Source: Eledone cirrhosa
Taxonomy: Eukaryota
Assembly (NCBI GenBank): GCA_964016885.1
Contig: OZ024750.1
Coordinates: forward strand, 6,386,001 to 6,450,000
Reading direction: 5' to 3'
DNA: 64,000 bases
The notes beneath the pieces are model-generated. The model did no database searches. It was not told where the DNA came from and was given only the letters and a program-made list of their open reading frames with translations. Made by a program: the position numbers and the translations under genes. How positions within the stretch are numbered: position 1 is the stretch's first letter; each line of letters opens with the position of its first letter. Of this stretch, positions 13,101 through 26,450 are shown in pieces.

Positions 13101-13673
13101 CATATACACACCACACACAACTAAGTATATTTAAGCAATATAATAAGCAAATTATTTACTCTAATTAAGGCAATGGGGAAATATGCAACTTTATTTATTT
13201 ATCAAAAAGTCTGCTATCATTTACAGCATACTAAATCCGGCACTGGGATTAAAAAAAAAACTGTATGGCGCCCTCTTCCTTTGCTACTTTAAGCACGTAA
13301 TAATTTTGTTTAATATTTAATGTCCATGACCCTATTACATGCACACGTATTTTTGAAACTTAACCTACAACTACAAGATACACCGGAACTCACACGCCCA
13401 CGCGTGTTGGCGTGTGCACATGCTTTCTCATTACATATATCTGTTTAATGTACTCACACACTTCCTTGTGATAATTAATCAATGGGATTGTGGAAGTCTG
13501 TAAAAACAAGTTATGAAAATATTGCATGTTCATATACTGCAGCGACTGGCAGACATATTTGATAGCATGCTGGCTCTCCTAGTCGACGAGGTTGAATGGA
13601 CAGCCGCATATCATGTAGATGTTTTGATGTTGTTTTTGATTTCTTGGATTCAGGTCAGTTCTGACTGAGTAGA

Positions 13674-14150
13674 ATAATAATTGTTTCTACTTTTGCCCCG
13701 TAAGAATGAAAGGCAAAGTTAACCTCGGCGGGATTTGAACTCAGTCCGTAAAGAGACGTAACTGTGCTGATTCAGGCACAAGGCCAACAATATTAATGCA
13801 GGGGAAAGTCGCGTGAATCGAACCCCTGTGTGTTACGGCTACTTCATTTTATTGACCTCTGTAAGAGTGGAAGGCAAAACTAACCTTGGCGGGATTTGAA
13901 CTCAGAACGTGCAGAAACATCACTGTATGCCGCAAAGCACGTTGTCCAACGCTCTACCGATACTGCCAATCCACCGCCCTTAGAGTTTAGGCACAAGGCC
14001 AGGACTTTGAAGGGGAGGGGAAAGTCGATTACATTGACCTCAGTGCGTTACTGGTATTTAATGTTATCAACCGCGTAAAGCTGGAAGGCAAAGCTAACCT
14101 CGGCAGGATTTGAACTCAGAACGTAAAGGGCCGCGAAGCATGGTTTCCGA
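13674..14150 (-). mobile_element. Cluster of 3 SINE family 1 copies or fragments
   Basis: Repeated aaggcaaagttaacctcggcgggatttgaactcag. Confidence 0.85.
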
Positions 14151-14963
14151 TTCTTCATCTATATATGTTGTATTGGTGGTAAAGAATTGTTTAGAACAAT
14201 AACATTATAAGTGACAAATGCTTTTGTTTTCTTGATCACTCTCACTTTTAATCAAAGGTGATCGACTTTTTCTGTAGCATGTTGTGTAATATATCTACAA
14301 GTGTGTCCTATTTTTAAGAAGACACGATGGGATTTGAGGGAGACATGGCTGCCATTTTTCACAGGTGGTGTAACCAATACAAAGATTTATTGGGTGGTAC
14401 GTTACAGAACATATTTCAGCCGTAATGATACGCAATGCTTACAATGTTATAGATATCGTCCAGATATTTATAATATTGCTAAGACATTATGTATTCGAAA
14501 ATAAAATCATAGAAGCTTTAAAAGAACAAGAACTTAGGATATCAGCAATTCCCATAACATTAATATGTGTATTATAGACGACAATATTATAGCCGACTAT
14601 ACTTTGTATGTAAAATGCCTCACACTTTCTCACAGAATCGGCTCACCACTATAACCAAGAGTCCCTTTCACATGAATATGCTGATATTATTCGTTATCAA
14701 AATAAAACAAGCTCAGTCACGGGATATCCAATATTTATTTTCCTTTTACTCAACAGCAATCAATGTCCGTTTTCATCTTAAATATTCTTATATGTATACC
14801 ACCATTGGAGAAATGCACACAGCATCAAACTGCTTCCAATTCTTTCATCCACGCATTTCATATCATAGCATTCATTCTTTATCATTCATTTTTCATTCTA
14901 CTTCTATCGTTTCTCGTCTAAATTCTGCCATAGGTTTCTACGCTCTCTATTCTTCCCCTTCCG

Positions 14964-15015
<52 letters not shown>

Positions 15016-15435
15016 CAGCGTGTGTGTGTCACGTGAATATATGATGCATAAACATCATCTCATTATATATATATATATATATATATATATTCATATTCAT
15101 CCACAAGCGTCTTTTTTGATTGAGCAGCCTAAACATGCGTGCGTGTGTTTTGATGTGCATGTGTATTCGTATGCATGTGTGTATGTGTGCATATGTGTGT
15201 GGAGCCTAATTATTTCTTTAGTTGAAGTCCAGTCGAAACGCTGGTGTCATTTGCATATTTTTCCTTTGGTGATACAGTGAAGATAACGTATTTTCAAAGT
15301 GACGCCATATTGCTCATGTAATCCTAATTTGGATTTTATTACTCACATAGCAGCCATGTTTAATACAATAACGAAATTGAAAATGCATTCAATAACATGT
15401 ATATAGTATATATATATATACGTATATATATATAG

Positions 15436-15503
<68 letters not shown>

Positions 15504-15653
15504 GAGAGAGAGAATACACATATATACATATCTATGCATATTTATACACACATATATATATATATATATACATATATACATGTTGATAATGAGATAATGT
15601 TATGTATCATTTATTCACGTGACACACTCGCACAAGTTGTCATGTGTATGTAC

Positions 15654-15745
<92 letters not shown>

Positions 15746-16424
15746 TATGATATGATTGTTCGTAAAAACATATATGCATATATATTCACATTTGTATATC
15801 ATGTATATGCGGCTTCATGTATGAGGTGGAAGCAGAAAGAAATGTGTTAACGATATTGCCGCTAGTGGGCGCTGAAGATTGAGAAATATTTCGCCTGTGT
15901 ACGAAATACGTGAGGTGGTTTCCATTCCCATATGTAACAATTTTACTTCACTTGCATGGCTAATAACTTGCATTTCCTTCTTTCTGAACTCAAGGGAGCT
16001 AATTAATCAATGACTGTTAACTCTAATTATCGCAGCTTCATAAAAAAAATGCATAATAGTAAGATATTTATTTAGTAATATATATATATATGTATGTAGG
16101 TTAATATATGTATATATACACACAGAGACACACGTATACATGTATACATAAATATATATATATATATATATGTGTGTGTACGTGTGTGTGTATATATGTG
16201 TGTGCATATATGTGTGTGTGTATGTATATGTGTGTGTGTATGTATATATGTGTGTGTGTGTGTGTATGTATATATATGTATGTATATGTATTTATACTTC
16301 TGGAATCTAATTATTAAATAGAATTCGTCTCTCTTTTGAGACTCAACATATTTCATTTGCGAGGTGATTTCGTAAAGACAAAAATAGTTCTACAATAGAG
16401 AGAGATTTCTGCCTTCATATCTAT

Positions 16425-16532
<108 letters not shown>

Positions 16533-16687
16533 ACCCTACAACAGCCTGAAACGTATGTGACTTTTATTAGAGTATAATGAGAATATTTCCTGCCTATCAT
16601 GATGTTTACTTGTCTAAATATATGCATATATGTATAATAAATTAATGTATAGAACTATACCAGTGCATTTCGATACAATATGTGCGC

Positions 16688-16740
<53 letters not shown>

Positions 16741-17060
16741 AGGTCGGTATGTTGCAGTGGTGATGTTCGTAATATTATGTGTATATGAGTATATATAAAT
16801 ATTATAATGTATGATAATATATATTGCTAGCATGTATTTTTAATTACATCTTTATGCAAAAATGCGAACAGATAACATGTGTGTAATTTGTTTGTTTGTA
16901 TAAATGGTATTTATAGTTAAAGGATCAATGGAAAACCCTACTTTCATGTGTTGCAAATGCCCTTATGTATATATATATATATATATACATATGTATATTT
17001 ATTTATAAATATATATAGATACATACATATATAAAAATATATATATATATCTTTATATAT

Positions 17061-17149
<89 letters not shown>

Positions 17150-17214
17150 GGGATGCCTCTTTGTGCATTTATGTTTGCATGCATATATTTATTTTTTTTA
17201 ATATATTTATGTTT

Positions 17215-17350
17215 GCATATATATATTTATATGCATATATATATTTACATGCATATATATATTTATATGCATATGTATATTTATATGCATATGTATATTT
17301 ATATGCATATGTATATTTATATGCATATATATATTTATATGCATATGTAT
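17215..17350. repeat. 18-bp minisatellite (atatttatatgcatat[a/g]t)
   Basis: Direct reading. Confidence 0.85.
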
Positions 17351-17474
17351 ATCATCGTGGGTGTTTAATTTAATGGAATGTGTTTTGAAAATATGTACAA
17401 CAGAATGTAAGTAGATGCGGCATTGTTTCTGTTTTACTTCATCTATATAAGTGTTAAATGAAATGACGCTAGCG

Positions 17475-17996
17475 GTCACCATCACCATCGTCACCATCAC
17501 CACCATCATCATCGTCACCATCGTCACCATCACCACCATCATCATCACCATCATCATCATCACCATCGTCACCATCATCATCGTCACCATCACCATCACC
17601 ATCGTCACCATCACCATCGTCACCATCACCATCATCATCACCATCGTCACCATCACCATCATCACCATCATCATCATCACCATCACCATCGTCACCATCA
17701 CCATCGTCACCATCACCATCATCATCACCATCGTCACCATCACCATCGTCACCATCGTCACCATCACCATCGTCACCATCACCATCGCCATCATCATCAT
17801 CGCCATCATCATCATCATCGCCATCATCATCATCATCAGCATCATCATCACCATCGTCACCATCACCATCGCCATCATCATCATCGCCATCGTCACCATC
17901 ATCATCGCCATCATTATCGCCACCATCATCACCACCACCACCACCACCATCATCACCACCACCACCACCATCATCACCACCACCACCATCACCGCC

Positions 17997-18030
<34 letters not shown>

Positions 18031-18084
18031 TCATCATCACCGCCACCATCACCACCACCACCATCATCATTATCAACATTCTTC

Positions 18085-18121
<37 letters not shown>

Positions 18122-18122
18122 T
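17475..18122. repeat. Long compound (CAT/CAC/CGT)n array
   Basis: Direct reading; source of the Gly/Asp and Ile/Thr ORFs. Confidence 0.95.
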
Positions 18123-18389
18123 AAAAATCAAATTACCCACATTTCATGTAAATCCGCCATTGGTGGTTTAATGTTGCCCGAAGGCGGGAAACTGGTGAAC
18201 AACAAAGAAATACCTTCAACTAAGCCGATGAGGCCACGTGTCTGTTGTATTTCCACAAACTGTAATTATTTCAACATTTAATGTCATAAAGCTGAACAAT
18301 TGTTTGTCATTGAGTGCAATACTTGTGAATATTATCGCCTCTACTCCACTTCTTTTTGGTCTTTGCCTAATTTACTTATCGTCTATATC

Positions 18390-18395
18390 CTTCTA

Positions 18396-18435
<40 letters not shown>

Positions 18436-18688
18436 GTTCTGTCCCTCTCTTTCTCTCTCTCCATTCTCTCCCCCCTCTCTCTCTCCATTCTCCCCCTCTC
18501 TCTATCTCTCCTTTTCTCTCCCTCTCTTTTTCTCTTTCCCTCTCTTTCTCTCTCCTTTCTCCCACTCCTCTTCCATTCTCTCATCTATTCTTCCTCCCCC
18601 CTCTCTCCCTCTCCCATTCTCTCTCTCTCCCTTTCTCATTCTCTCTCTCCCTTTCTCATTCTCTCTCTCCCTTTCGCATTCTCTCTCT

Positions 18689-18723
<35 letters not shown>

Positions 18724-18810
18724 TTCTCACTTTCTCTCTCCCTTTCTCTCTCCCTTTCTCTCTCCCTTTCTCTCTTCCATTCTCTTTCTCTCTATCTAAC
18801 TATATATCTA

Positions 18811-18865
<55 letters not shown>
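18390..18865. repeat. Polypyrimidine (CT)n-rich tract
   Basis: Direct reading. Confidence 0.95.
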
Positions 18866-18866
<1 letters not shown>

Positions 18867-19234
18867 GTGCTGTATGTGTATGTATACATACATACACATT
18901 CAGTACTATTTCTTTCGCCGTTTCTTTTCCTCCAATTCATCAGCTGACTCACATTCTGTCAAGGAACATTATCTGCTTACTTGCGAGATTTGTGATTATG
19001 TGACAAATGATTGACAGTCTTATATTTACTTATTTATATATACATTATATATTTTACGTTGCTAACAAACACTTGTATGTAAACATTACACGAATTGACA
19101 AGGTTAAAACAAAAAATTACTCGCCTTGTTTTCATTTCTACGAGTTTGGTTCTTGCTGTTGTTTAGTAATTCATTTTTTACAGATAATTTTGATAAGAAG
19201 TATATTAATTTGTGTAAATATTTATGAATGCATG

Positions 19235-19330
19235 TATGGGTTTATGGTGTATGGGTTTATGGCGTATGGGTTTATGGTGTATGGGCTTATGGTGTATGAG
19301 CTTATGGTGTATGGGTTTATGGTGTATGGG
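19235..19330. repeat. 15-bp minisatellite (tatgggtttatggtg), about 6 copies
   Basis: Direct reading. Confidence 0.9.
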
Positions 19331-19719
19331 TACATGCATGGCGGTATGCATACATGTACTTATAAATCTATGCATGTATGTGTGTATGTATGTATGTGTA
19401 TATGTGTACATGAATATATGTGCGTATGCCTCCAAGTATAAATGCAACACTGATTGGACAGGGTGTTAAACATGTTGTATATTAAAGATAATAATATAAT
19501 TATATAATCGTGTGTATATATATAATCAGTGTGAGTGTATAATTTAATGGAATGTGTGTTGAAACACAGAATATATATATATATATACACACACATATGG
19601 TGGGGTGCGTATGTATGTAATTTTACGCTAATTCAATATTTAAATCGTTCAGTTGATCGAACGAATGGATTACTCATCGTTGAAAACAAAGATGATCCAT
19701 TTAGTATATATATATTGTG

Positions 19720-19813
<94 letters not shown>

Positions 19814-19889
19814 CTGACTCAACTCTGGTTCATATGCAGACGTTTTACTAATTGGTTCTTTAGGTCGGGTTGTATTGTTTGGGTTCTGC

Positions 19890-20245
19890 TTTGTGTGTTG
19901 TGCTGTGTATATTCAGTTGCCTGGGCCTGTATTGTGGGTTGTGCTGTGTATATTCAGTTGCCTGGGTCCTGTATTGTGGGTTGTGCTGTGTATATTCAGT
20001 TGCCTGGGCCTGTATTGTGGGTTATGCTGCGTTCAGTCGCCTGGGCCTATATTGTGTGTTGTGCTGTGTATATTCAGTTGCCTGGGTCCTGTATTGTGGG
20101 TTGTGCTGTGTATATTCAGTTGCCTGGGCCTGTATTGTGGGCTATGCTGCGTTCAGTCGCCTGGGCCTGTATTGTGTGTTGTGCTGTGTATAATCAGTTG
20201 CCTGGGCCTGTATTGTGGGTTGTGCTCTGTTCAGTTGCCTGGGGT
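19890..20245. repeat. Minisatellite with 41/42/37-bp units forming a 120-bp higher-order repeat
   Basis: gcctggg starts at 19919, 19960, 20002, 20039, 20080, 20122, 20159, 20200, 20237. Confidence 0.9.
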
Positions 20246-20673
20246 TCTGTTTTCTGTGTTGTGTGTGATTCCAGTTGTGTTCTACTGTGTTTCGCTGAGT
20301 GGTTTCTGTTGTCTATGAGGTGTGTATGTCAGCATTGCGCGGTTTATTCTATGGTGTATATGTTGTGTACTACCAGTATTGTATATGTGTCAAACTGTAT
20401 GTAAGGCTGGATGGTCTCTTTTCGGTTGACAATGCATGTATGTCCTTCTGAGATTCTCTCCTAATTATCAATGCAATGTTCAAAAGCTGTAATCATTATT
20501 ATTTTTATCTCCTTTATATTTTCATCTTCTAAGGATAAAAGGTTTCTTTCTTTTGACATCACAATACATATGTATACATACATATAAAGACACACACTAT
20601 GACACACACACACGCAAATATATGTATAAATATATATATATACACACGCTTCCATACACAGACACACACACAA

Positions 20674-20713
<40 letters not shown>

Positions 20714-20716
<3 letters not shown>

Positions 20717-20750
20717 AATAGATTAAAGTTTAAGCAAAGAATCGTTTCAC
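20714..20750 (-). mobile_element. Family F fragment inside (TA)n
   Basis: agattaaagtttaagcaaagaatc is identical to 49481-49504. Confidence 0.75.
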
Positions 20751-20793
<43 letters not shown>

Positions 20794-21079
20794 TTCATAC
20801 ATGTGTGTGAGCGTATAGGCCACATCAAACAACATCGTGGTAAACGGCCTTAACCTCTTATACAGTATGGCCACTATAAAGACAATCCCACCATCATTTC
20901 ATAACCAACATAATACCATCTATTAATGAGTGTAGGTTCGTGTCCAAGTAGTGTATTTGAAGATCACACCAATCGTGACTTCTTCTTCTGTTCATTCGCC
21001 AGACATTTAAAGAAAAAAATTGATTTCTATTCTTCGTCCTGTCTTCTCTTCATCGCGCTATTTCTTTTTCATCTTCGTC

Positions 21080-21525
21080 AGATTGGCAGAATCGTTAGAG
21101 AATCTGGACAAAATGTGTTGTGTTGTATTTGTTCCGGCTCTGTAAGTTCTGGGTTCTAATCTCGGTGAATTCAACTTTTTTTTTTTTTTTTTTTTTGCTC
21201 TTCACGCCTCCGGTATCCTTAAAGCAAACTACCAGTCATATACTGGGGAGGTGGGGGGGGGGGGGGTGAATATAATAGACTTCACAACAAATTTCTGAGC
21301 TTGTGTTTATATTAGAAATGATCATCATCATCTTTATTATTATTAGTAGTAGTAGTGTTATAGTCCTTTGCGGTCTTTGAGTTCAAATCCCGCAGAGGTT
21401 AACTTTGCCTTTCATCCTTACGGGGTCGATAAAATAAAGTACCAGTGACGTACTGGGGTTGATTTAATCGACTTTCCCCTCCCCCAAAATGATTGGCCTT
21501 GTGCCTATACTAGAAATCATTATTA
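21080..21525 (+). mobile_element. Two SINE family 1 copies
   Basis: Diverged copy at about 21080-21320; second copy gagttcaaatcccgcagaggttaactttgcc...ggccttgtgcc at about 21370-21520. Confidence 0.85.
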
Positions 21526-22129
21526 TCATTATTAGCAGTAGTGGTAGTAGTATTGTACTAGATGCAGGCATCGTCATAACTTTCTGTGAACTCGGAAACA
21601 CACGGCGTTTCCTCTTCTCTTTCTATCTATGTATATTTCTCTTGCTTGGTGTTCCCCCTCTCTATATACAGTGAACGTGACCGACAGACGGACATATAGC
21701 GTTCTTATTATACTATAGATTATTATCGTCCTTACTTCCACATCACCGTCGTTGGTATTATTATTAACCAGAAATCTTTTTTGACACATTTAAAAAAATT
21801 TTTCTTTTCTGATTAAATTTTTTAAAGATTTAACATTGCTGACTGACATCAGTTGCCCTCCCCCCAAACCTACAACAGGACCCCCCCCCCCCCTCAAAAA
21901 AAAACCTACAACAGCCTCCCCCTTAAACCCACAACAGGAACCCTCCCCTAAACCCACCACTCTAAGTAGATGTATCTTCAGCCTATTTCTCAAACTCTCC
22001 CATCACTCCCCACCTCACCCGTTATGATGGATGTTCTCTTTCTCCCTCTCTTCCCTCCCCTTATGTATCTCTCTCCCCCTCACTTACCTCCTCTCTCTCT
22101 CTCTCTCCATTTTGCTCTCACTTCCCCCC

Positions 22130-22280
22130 CTTTCTGTCTCTTTTACTCACACTTCCCCCCTCTCTGTCTCTTTTACTCTCACTCGCCCCTCTCTGTCTCT
22201 TTTACTCTCACTTGCCCCTCTCTGTCTCTTTTACTCTCACTTGCCCCTCTCTGTCTCTTTTACTCTCACTTACCCCTCTC
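22130..22280. repeat. ~27-bp pyrimidine-rich minisatellite
   Basis: ctctgtctcttttactctcacttgccc, about 5 copies. Confidence 0.85.
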
Positions 22281-22687
22281 ACTCTCTCTCTCTTTCCCAA
22301 ACCTCGCCTTTCATTACTCGACATCTCATTGTCTTCGAGATCATGATCCCATCTAACCTAGCACCGTCCATTGACTAGATGCCGCCAACCAGCGATCCAA
22401 CCATCTACCGTCCCCTGCTCCGCCCTAGCCCTTCACCCATATCCATACAACTCTGTCCTTCACTTCATGCGCCCACCCAGAACAATTCCTCTCCTTCTCC
22501 TCCTCACTCCAGCTATTGTAGTCGGATGACACACGTTCAATCATAGACGAACACAATGTTCCTTGCTCTGCTTTGACCCTTGTCTTTCATGCACCTTCAG
22601 CGTCTCACTGTTTCGCCTCACCAAATGACAATATGTACGCCACACTCCGATGAAGAGAATAATCATATCTTATCTATCTATCTATCT

Positions 22688-22718
<31 letters not shown>

Positions 22719-22818
22719 ATGTGTGTGTGTGAACGCTTGTGTATATAAACATAGATACATATGTATGTCCGTGTGTGTGTTATGTAAATGAATGTAATAT
22801 GCTTATACACACACACAC

Positions 22819-22851
<33 letters not shown>

Positions 22852-22892
22852 CTGATATAGTATAAAAAATGTACGTAATATATAATGTAGAG

Positions 22893-23340
22893 ATAATAAT
22901 TGTTTCTACTTTAGGCACAAGGCCAGCAAATACCCAGTTCATTACTGGTACTTTATTTTATCGACCCCGTAAGGATGAAAGGCAAAGTCAACCTCGGCGG
23001 GATTTGAACTCAGATCGTAAAGGGACGTAACTATGCTGGAAAGCATGGCGTCCGACCCTCTACCGATACTGCCAATCCCCCCCCCCCCCCAAATGTAGAG
23101 ATAATAATAATAGTTGTTTTAAATTTAAGCAGAAGGCCAGTAATATGCATTGTTGGGTGGAGGTGGGGAGGCTATTAAATCGATCCCCAATACTCCACTG
23201 GTACTTTACTATTATCGACTAGGAAAAGATAAAAGGCAACGTTGACCTTGGTGGGGAACACAGAGTCGAAGTGAGCTAGATCGGATACCGAAGGGTTTTG
23301 AACCCAATGTCACGAATGCCTCTTGCAATTCGCCGCCTTC
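22893..23340 (-). mobile_element. Young SINE family 1 (22893-23078, TSD aatgtagagataataat) plus an older copy
   Basis: Consensus match; TSD at about 22883 and 23092. Confidence 0.88.
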
Positions 23341-23545
23341 TGAGATATAATGACAAGCTGAGAGTTCATAGATGGAGAAAGAGCTTAAATAAGGCAGTAG
23401 TAGAAACATGGTTGATACTGAGGGTTAAAGAGAGGACAAATGGATGTACAATGTGTTCAACGAAGATATAGAGAGAGGTGTATATATAGAGGGAAAGAAA
23501 TATAAGCCGTCAAATACAGATAACGGTTCGAGGGAATAAGAGAAA

Positions 23546-23605
<60 letters not shown>

Positions 23606-23636
23606 GTATGTATTTATGTGCGTGTATATATATATA

Positions 23637-23685
<49 letters not shown>

Positions 23686-23900
23686 ATATTATATATGTAT
23701 ACACACATGTGTGTATGTGTGTATATATATATGTGTGTGTGTGTATTGATTATATTTGATCTATGTTTATGTCTGCCATTCCAACACTTTCTCTCTAAAA
23801 AATCTACTTTCTCTTCTGACCAATATAATATATAAACACGTTGAACTAATTCTGAACAGACGAGTTTTGTATATTCAATTTTACCTTTGTTTATATATAT

Positions 23901-24047
23901 AAATCACCAGTCGGCTTTCTGATGATTTCTCCCGAATTAAACAGTTCTAGTCCTGTAGAAGCCTTTTCTATATTAAATATTTATACTCTGCTTTGTATTG
24001 AGTACCTTACTTACTTTAGTTACCCCGATTGAACCCAGGATAAACTT
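23901..24047 (+). mobile_element. Family G hammerhead-bearing element in TA runs
   Basis: CUGAUGA(23919)-uUUCucccGAAu-(U)AAAC..GUC followed by ACTC(23985)...GAGTAC(24000) tail; TA runs on both sides. Confidence 0.6.
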
Positions 24048-24106
24048 ATATATATATAAAGATAAAAAAGACCCTTAAACATATCTCCCGTGCTATTTCC
24101 AACTTC

Positions 24107-24177
<71 letters not shown>

Positions 24178-24461
24178 TTATATATATGTATATATATATA
24201 TACACATATATAAATATATACATATATATATACATATATATAAATATATACATATATATATATATACACATACATGTATATATAATCATTGTGTATCCGT
24301 TTCTCTATTCTCTTTATCCACCAGTATCAACTGCTTGTGATTCTCTGATACAATCTGCCATCTTTTAATGTAATTACTTGCTTATTTGTTCAACTCTTCA
24401 GTATTCTCTTCTCTCCATTTCTCACAATCTCTGTCTTAGCTAATTTCTCTCCATTCAACAT

Positions 24462-24540
<79 letters not shown>

Positions 24541-24575
24541 AATACACGCACACACATATATATACATATACATAA

Positions 24576-24611
<36 letters not shown>

Positions 24612-24835
24612 TTACATATATATAAATACACACACATATATATATGAATATATATATATATATAACTACGCACACACACACACATATATATACGCACATA
24701 TATACGTTCTCTCGACAAAAACCTTTATAAACAAGCGTTAAACTAATATATTTGTTCCATGTACTGTGCGCTTGTTTTATTTCTCTTAATTCTGCTTACC
24801 TTTTACATTCATATCTATGTATGTATGTATGTAAT

Positions 24836-24868
<33 letters not shown>

Positions 24869-24980
24869 TTGTGTGGTTGTGTTTGTGTCTGTGTTTATAA
24901 ATCGTCCATATCACGTATTGTTTGCTCTTTTCTTTCCTTTGTAACTACACCTATATATATATATACATATATATATATAC

Positions 24981-25045
<65 letters not shown>

Positions 25046-25289
25046 TGGTGTTTCATACACATCAACCAAAGGAAGTCTAGTCTTCAAGATAATCGCCGAG
25101 ACATACCACAGCGATATCTAACATATAGATGTCCTAGATAAATATATTCAGTTTGAGTAATAAATAGTTACATTAACTACCTCCATTTATTTTTACACCG
25201 TCTCTCTACCAATCCTTCCCCCACCCGCTCATATCTCACCATCTTATTCTCTCTCTCACTCACTCTGTCTCTCTCTCTGTCGGCATATA

Positions 25290-25612
25290 CTTACGTTCCT
25301 TTAAATTCTGGGTTCAAATCCTGCTGAGGTTAGCTTTGCGTCTCATCCTTACGGGCTCGATAAAATAGAATACCAGTAACGCATTGGAGTCGATTTAATC
25401 GACTTTCCTCTTTCCCCCCTCTAAAAAACCTCGTTAGCCTTGTCCCCTAAATCAAAACCATTATTAATATTAATACTTACGTTGCTTTATGATCTGAGTT
25501 CAAATCCCACCGAGGCTAACTTTGCTTTTCATCCTTACGGGGTTAATAAAATAAAGAACCAGTAATATACTGAAATAATTGCTGGCCTTGTCCCAAAAGT
25601 AGAAACAATTAT
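25290..25612 (+). mobile_element. Two 5'-truncated SINE family 1 copies
   Basis: Consensus match. Confidence 0.85.
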
Positions 25613-26388
25613 TAATATTAAAACTATAATGTAAAAGCAAGGGAAAATAATCAACGATAGCGAATATACATGCCAGGAAATGATGCCTGGATGTTACGGG
25701 AGACAGAAAAGAAGTGTTATGTCTGTGTGTGTGTGTATGTGTGTGTGTATGTGTGTGTCTGTTGATATGAAACGGATGTCTTACTATACCAAACTAGTGA
25801 TAATGTGTATATTATAGACCGTATATCCTCGTGGGTATGTATATTATATATCTACATGTTTTTGTCATCTGGCTTTATTATCAGATCTATCTTTCTTACC
25901 CAACATCCCTATTAGCAAGGAAACATATTTTCTTAACCGCTGCTGCTGTCAATTTAGTACTTTCACATTTCTCATTTCAAATCTCACCAAACTCATTCAC
26001 AAATATATATTATCTGACGGAGTCAACCATTGGCGAAACATAGATACACACATATTTCTATATTACTACAGCCGTCACTGGCAATCGGGTATGGCTTCAT
26101 ATAATGTACCATGCTTTCGCTAAAGGATTGGGTGCTTATACAGTCGTGAACAGACATGGACTTCTCTTAATCCAGTGGAACATCCAGGGTGTGACAGATG
26201 GCAGATGAGATGAGAGGGCTGCAACAGCACTGGACTCGTACTTTCTTTATCGACCACGAAAGGACGAGTAGGACAAAATGGACTTTGACGGTATTTGAAC
26301 TGAGAATGCAGTGAGCTGGAACACGCAGACAACTGTCTACCGACCCTATCCAATCGACCACCTTATAGACCCCCCCCCCCACACACAC

Positions 26389-26450
<62 letters not shown>

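Noticed and set aside
15866-15897. gggcg-CUGAAGA-uuga-GAAA-uauuu-cgcc hammerhead-like string, overlapping a CTCF-like ccgctagtgggcgc
   Set aside because: There is no stem II, stem III spacing is wrong and there is no family support; a single motif match is not enough for a regulatory call
19890-20245. Regularly spaced ~40-bp repeats resembling a CRISPR array
   Set aside because: There are no unique spacers and the context is eukaryotic; this is a minisatellite
25759-25780. ctgttga-tat-gaaacggatgtc hammerhead-like string
   Set aside because: Core mismatch with no stem I or stem II
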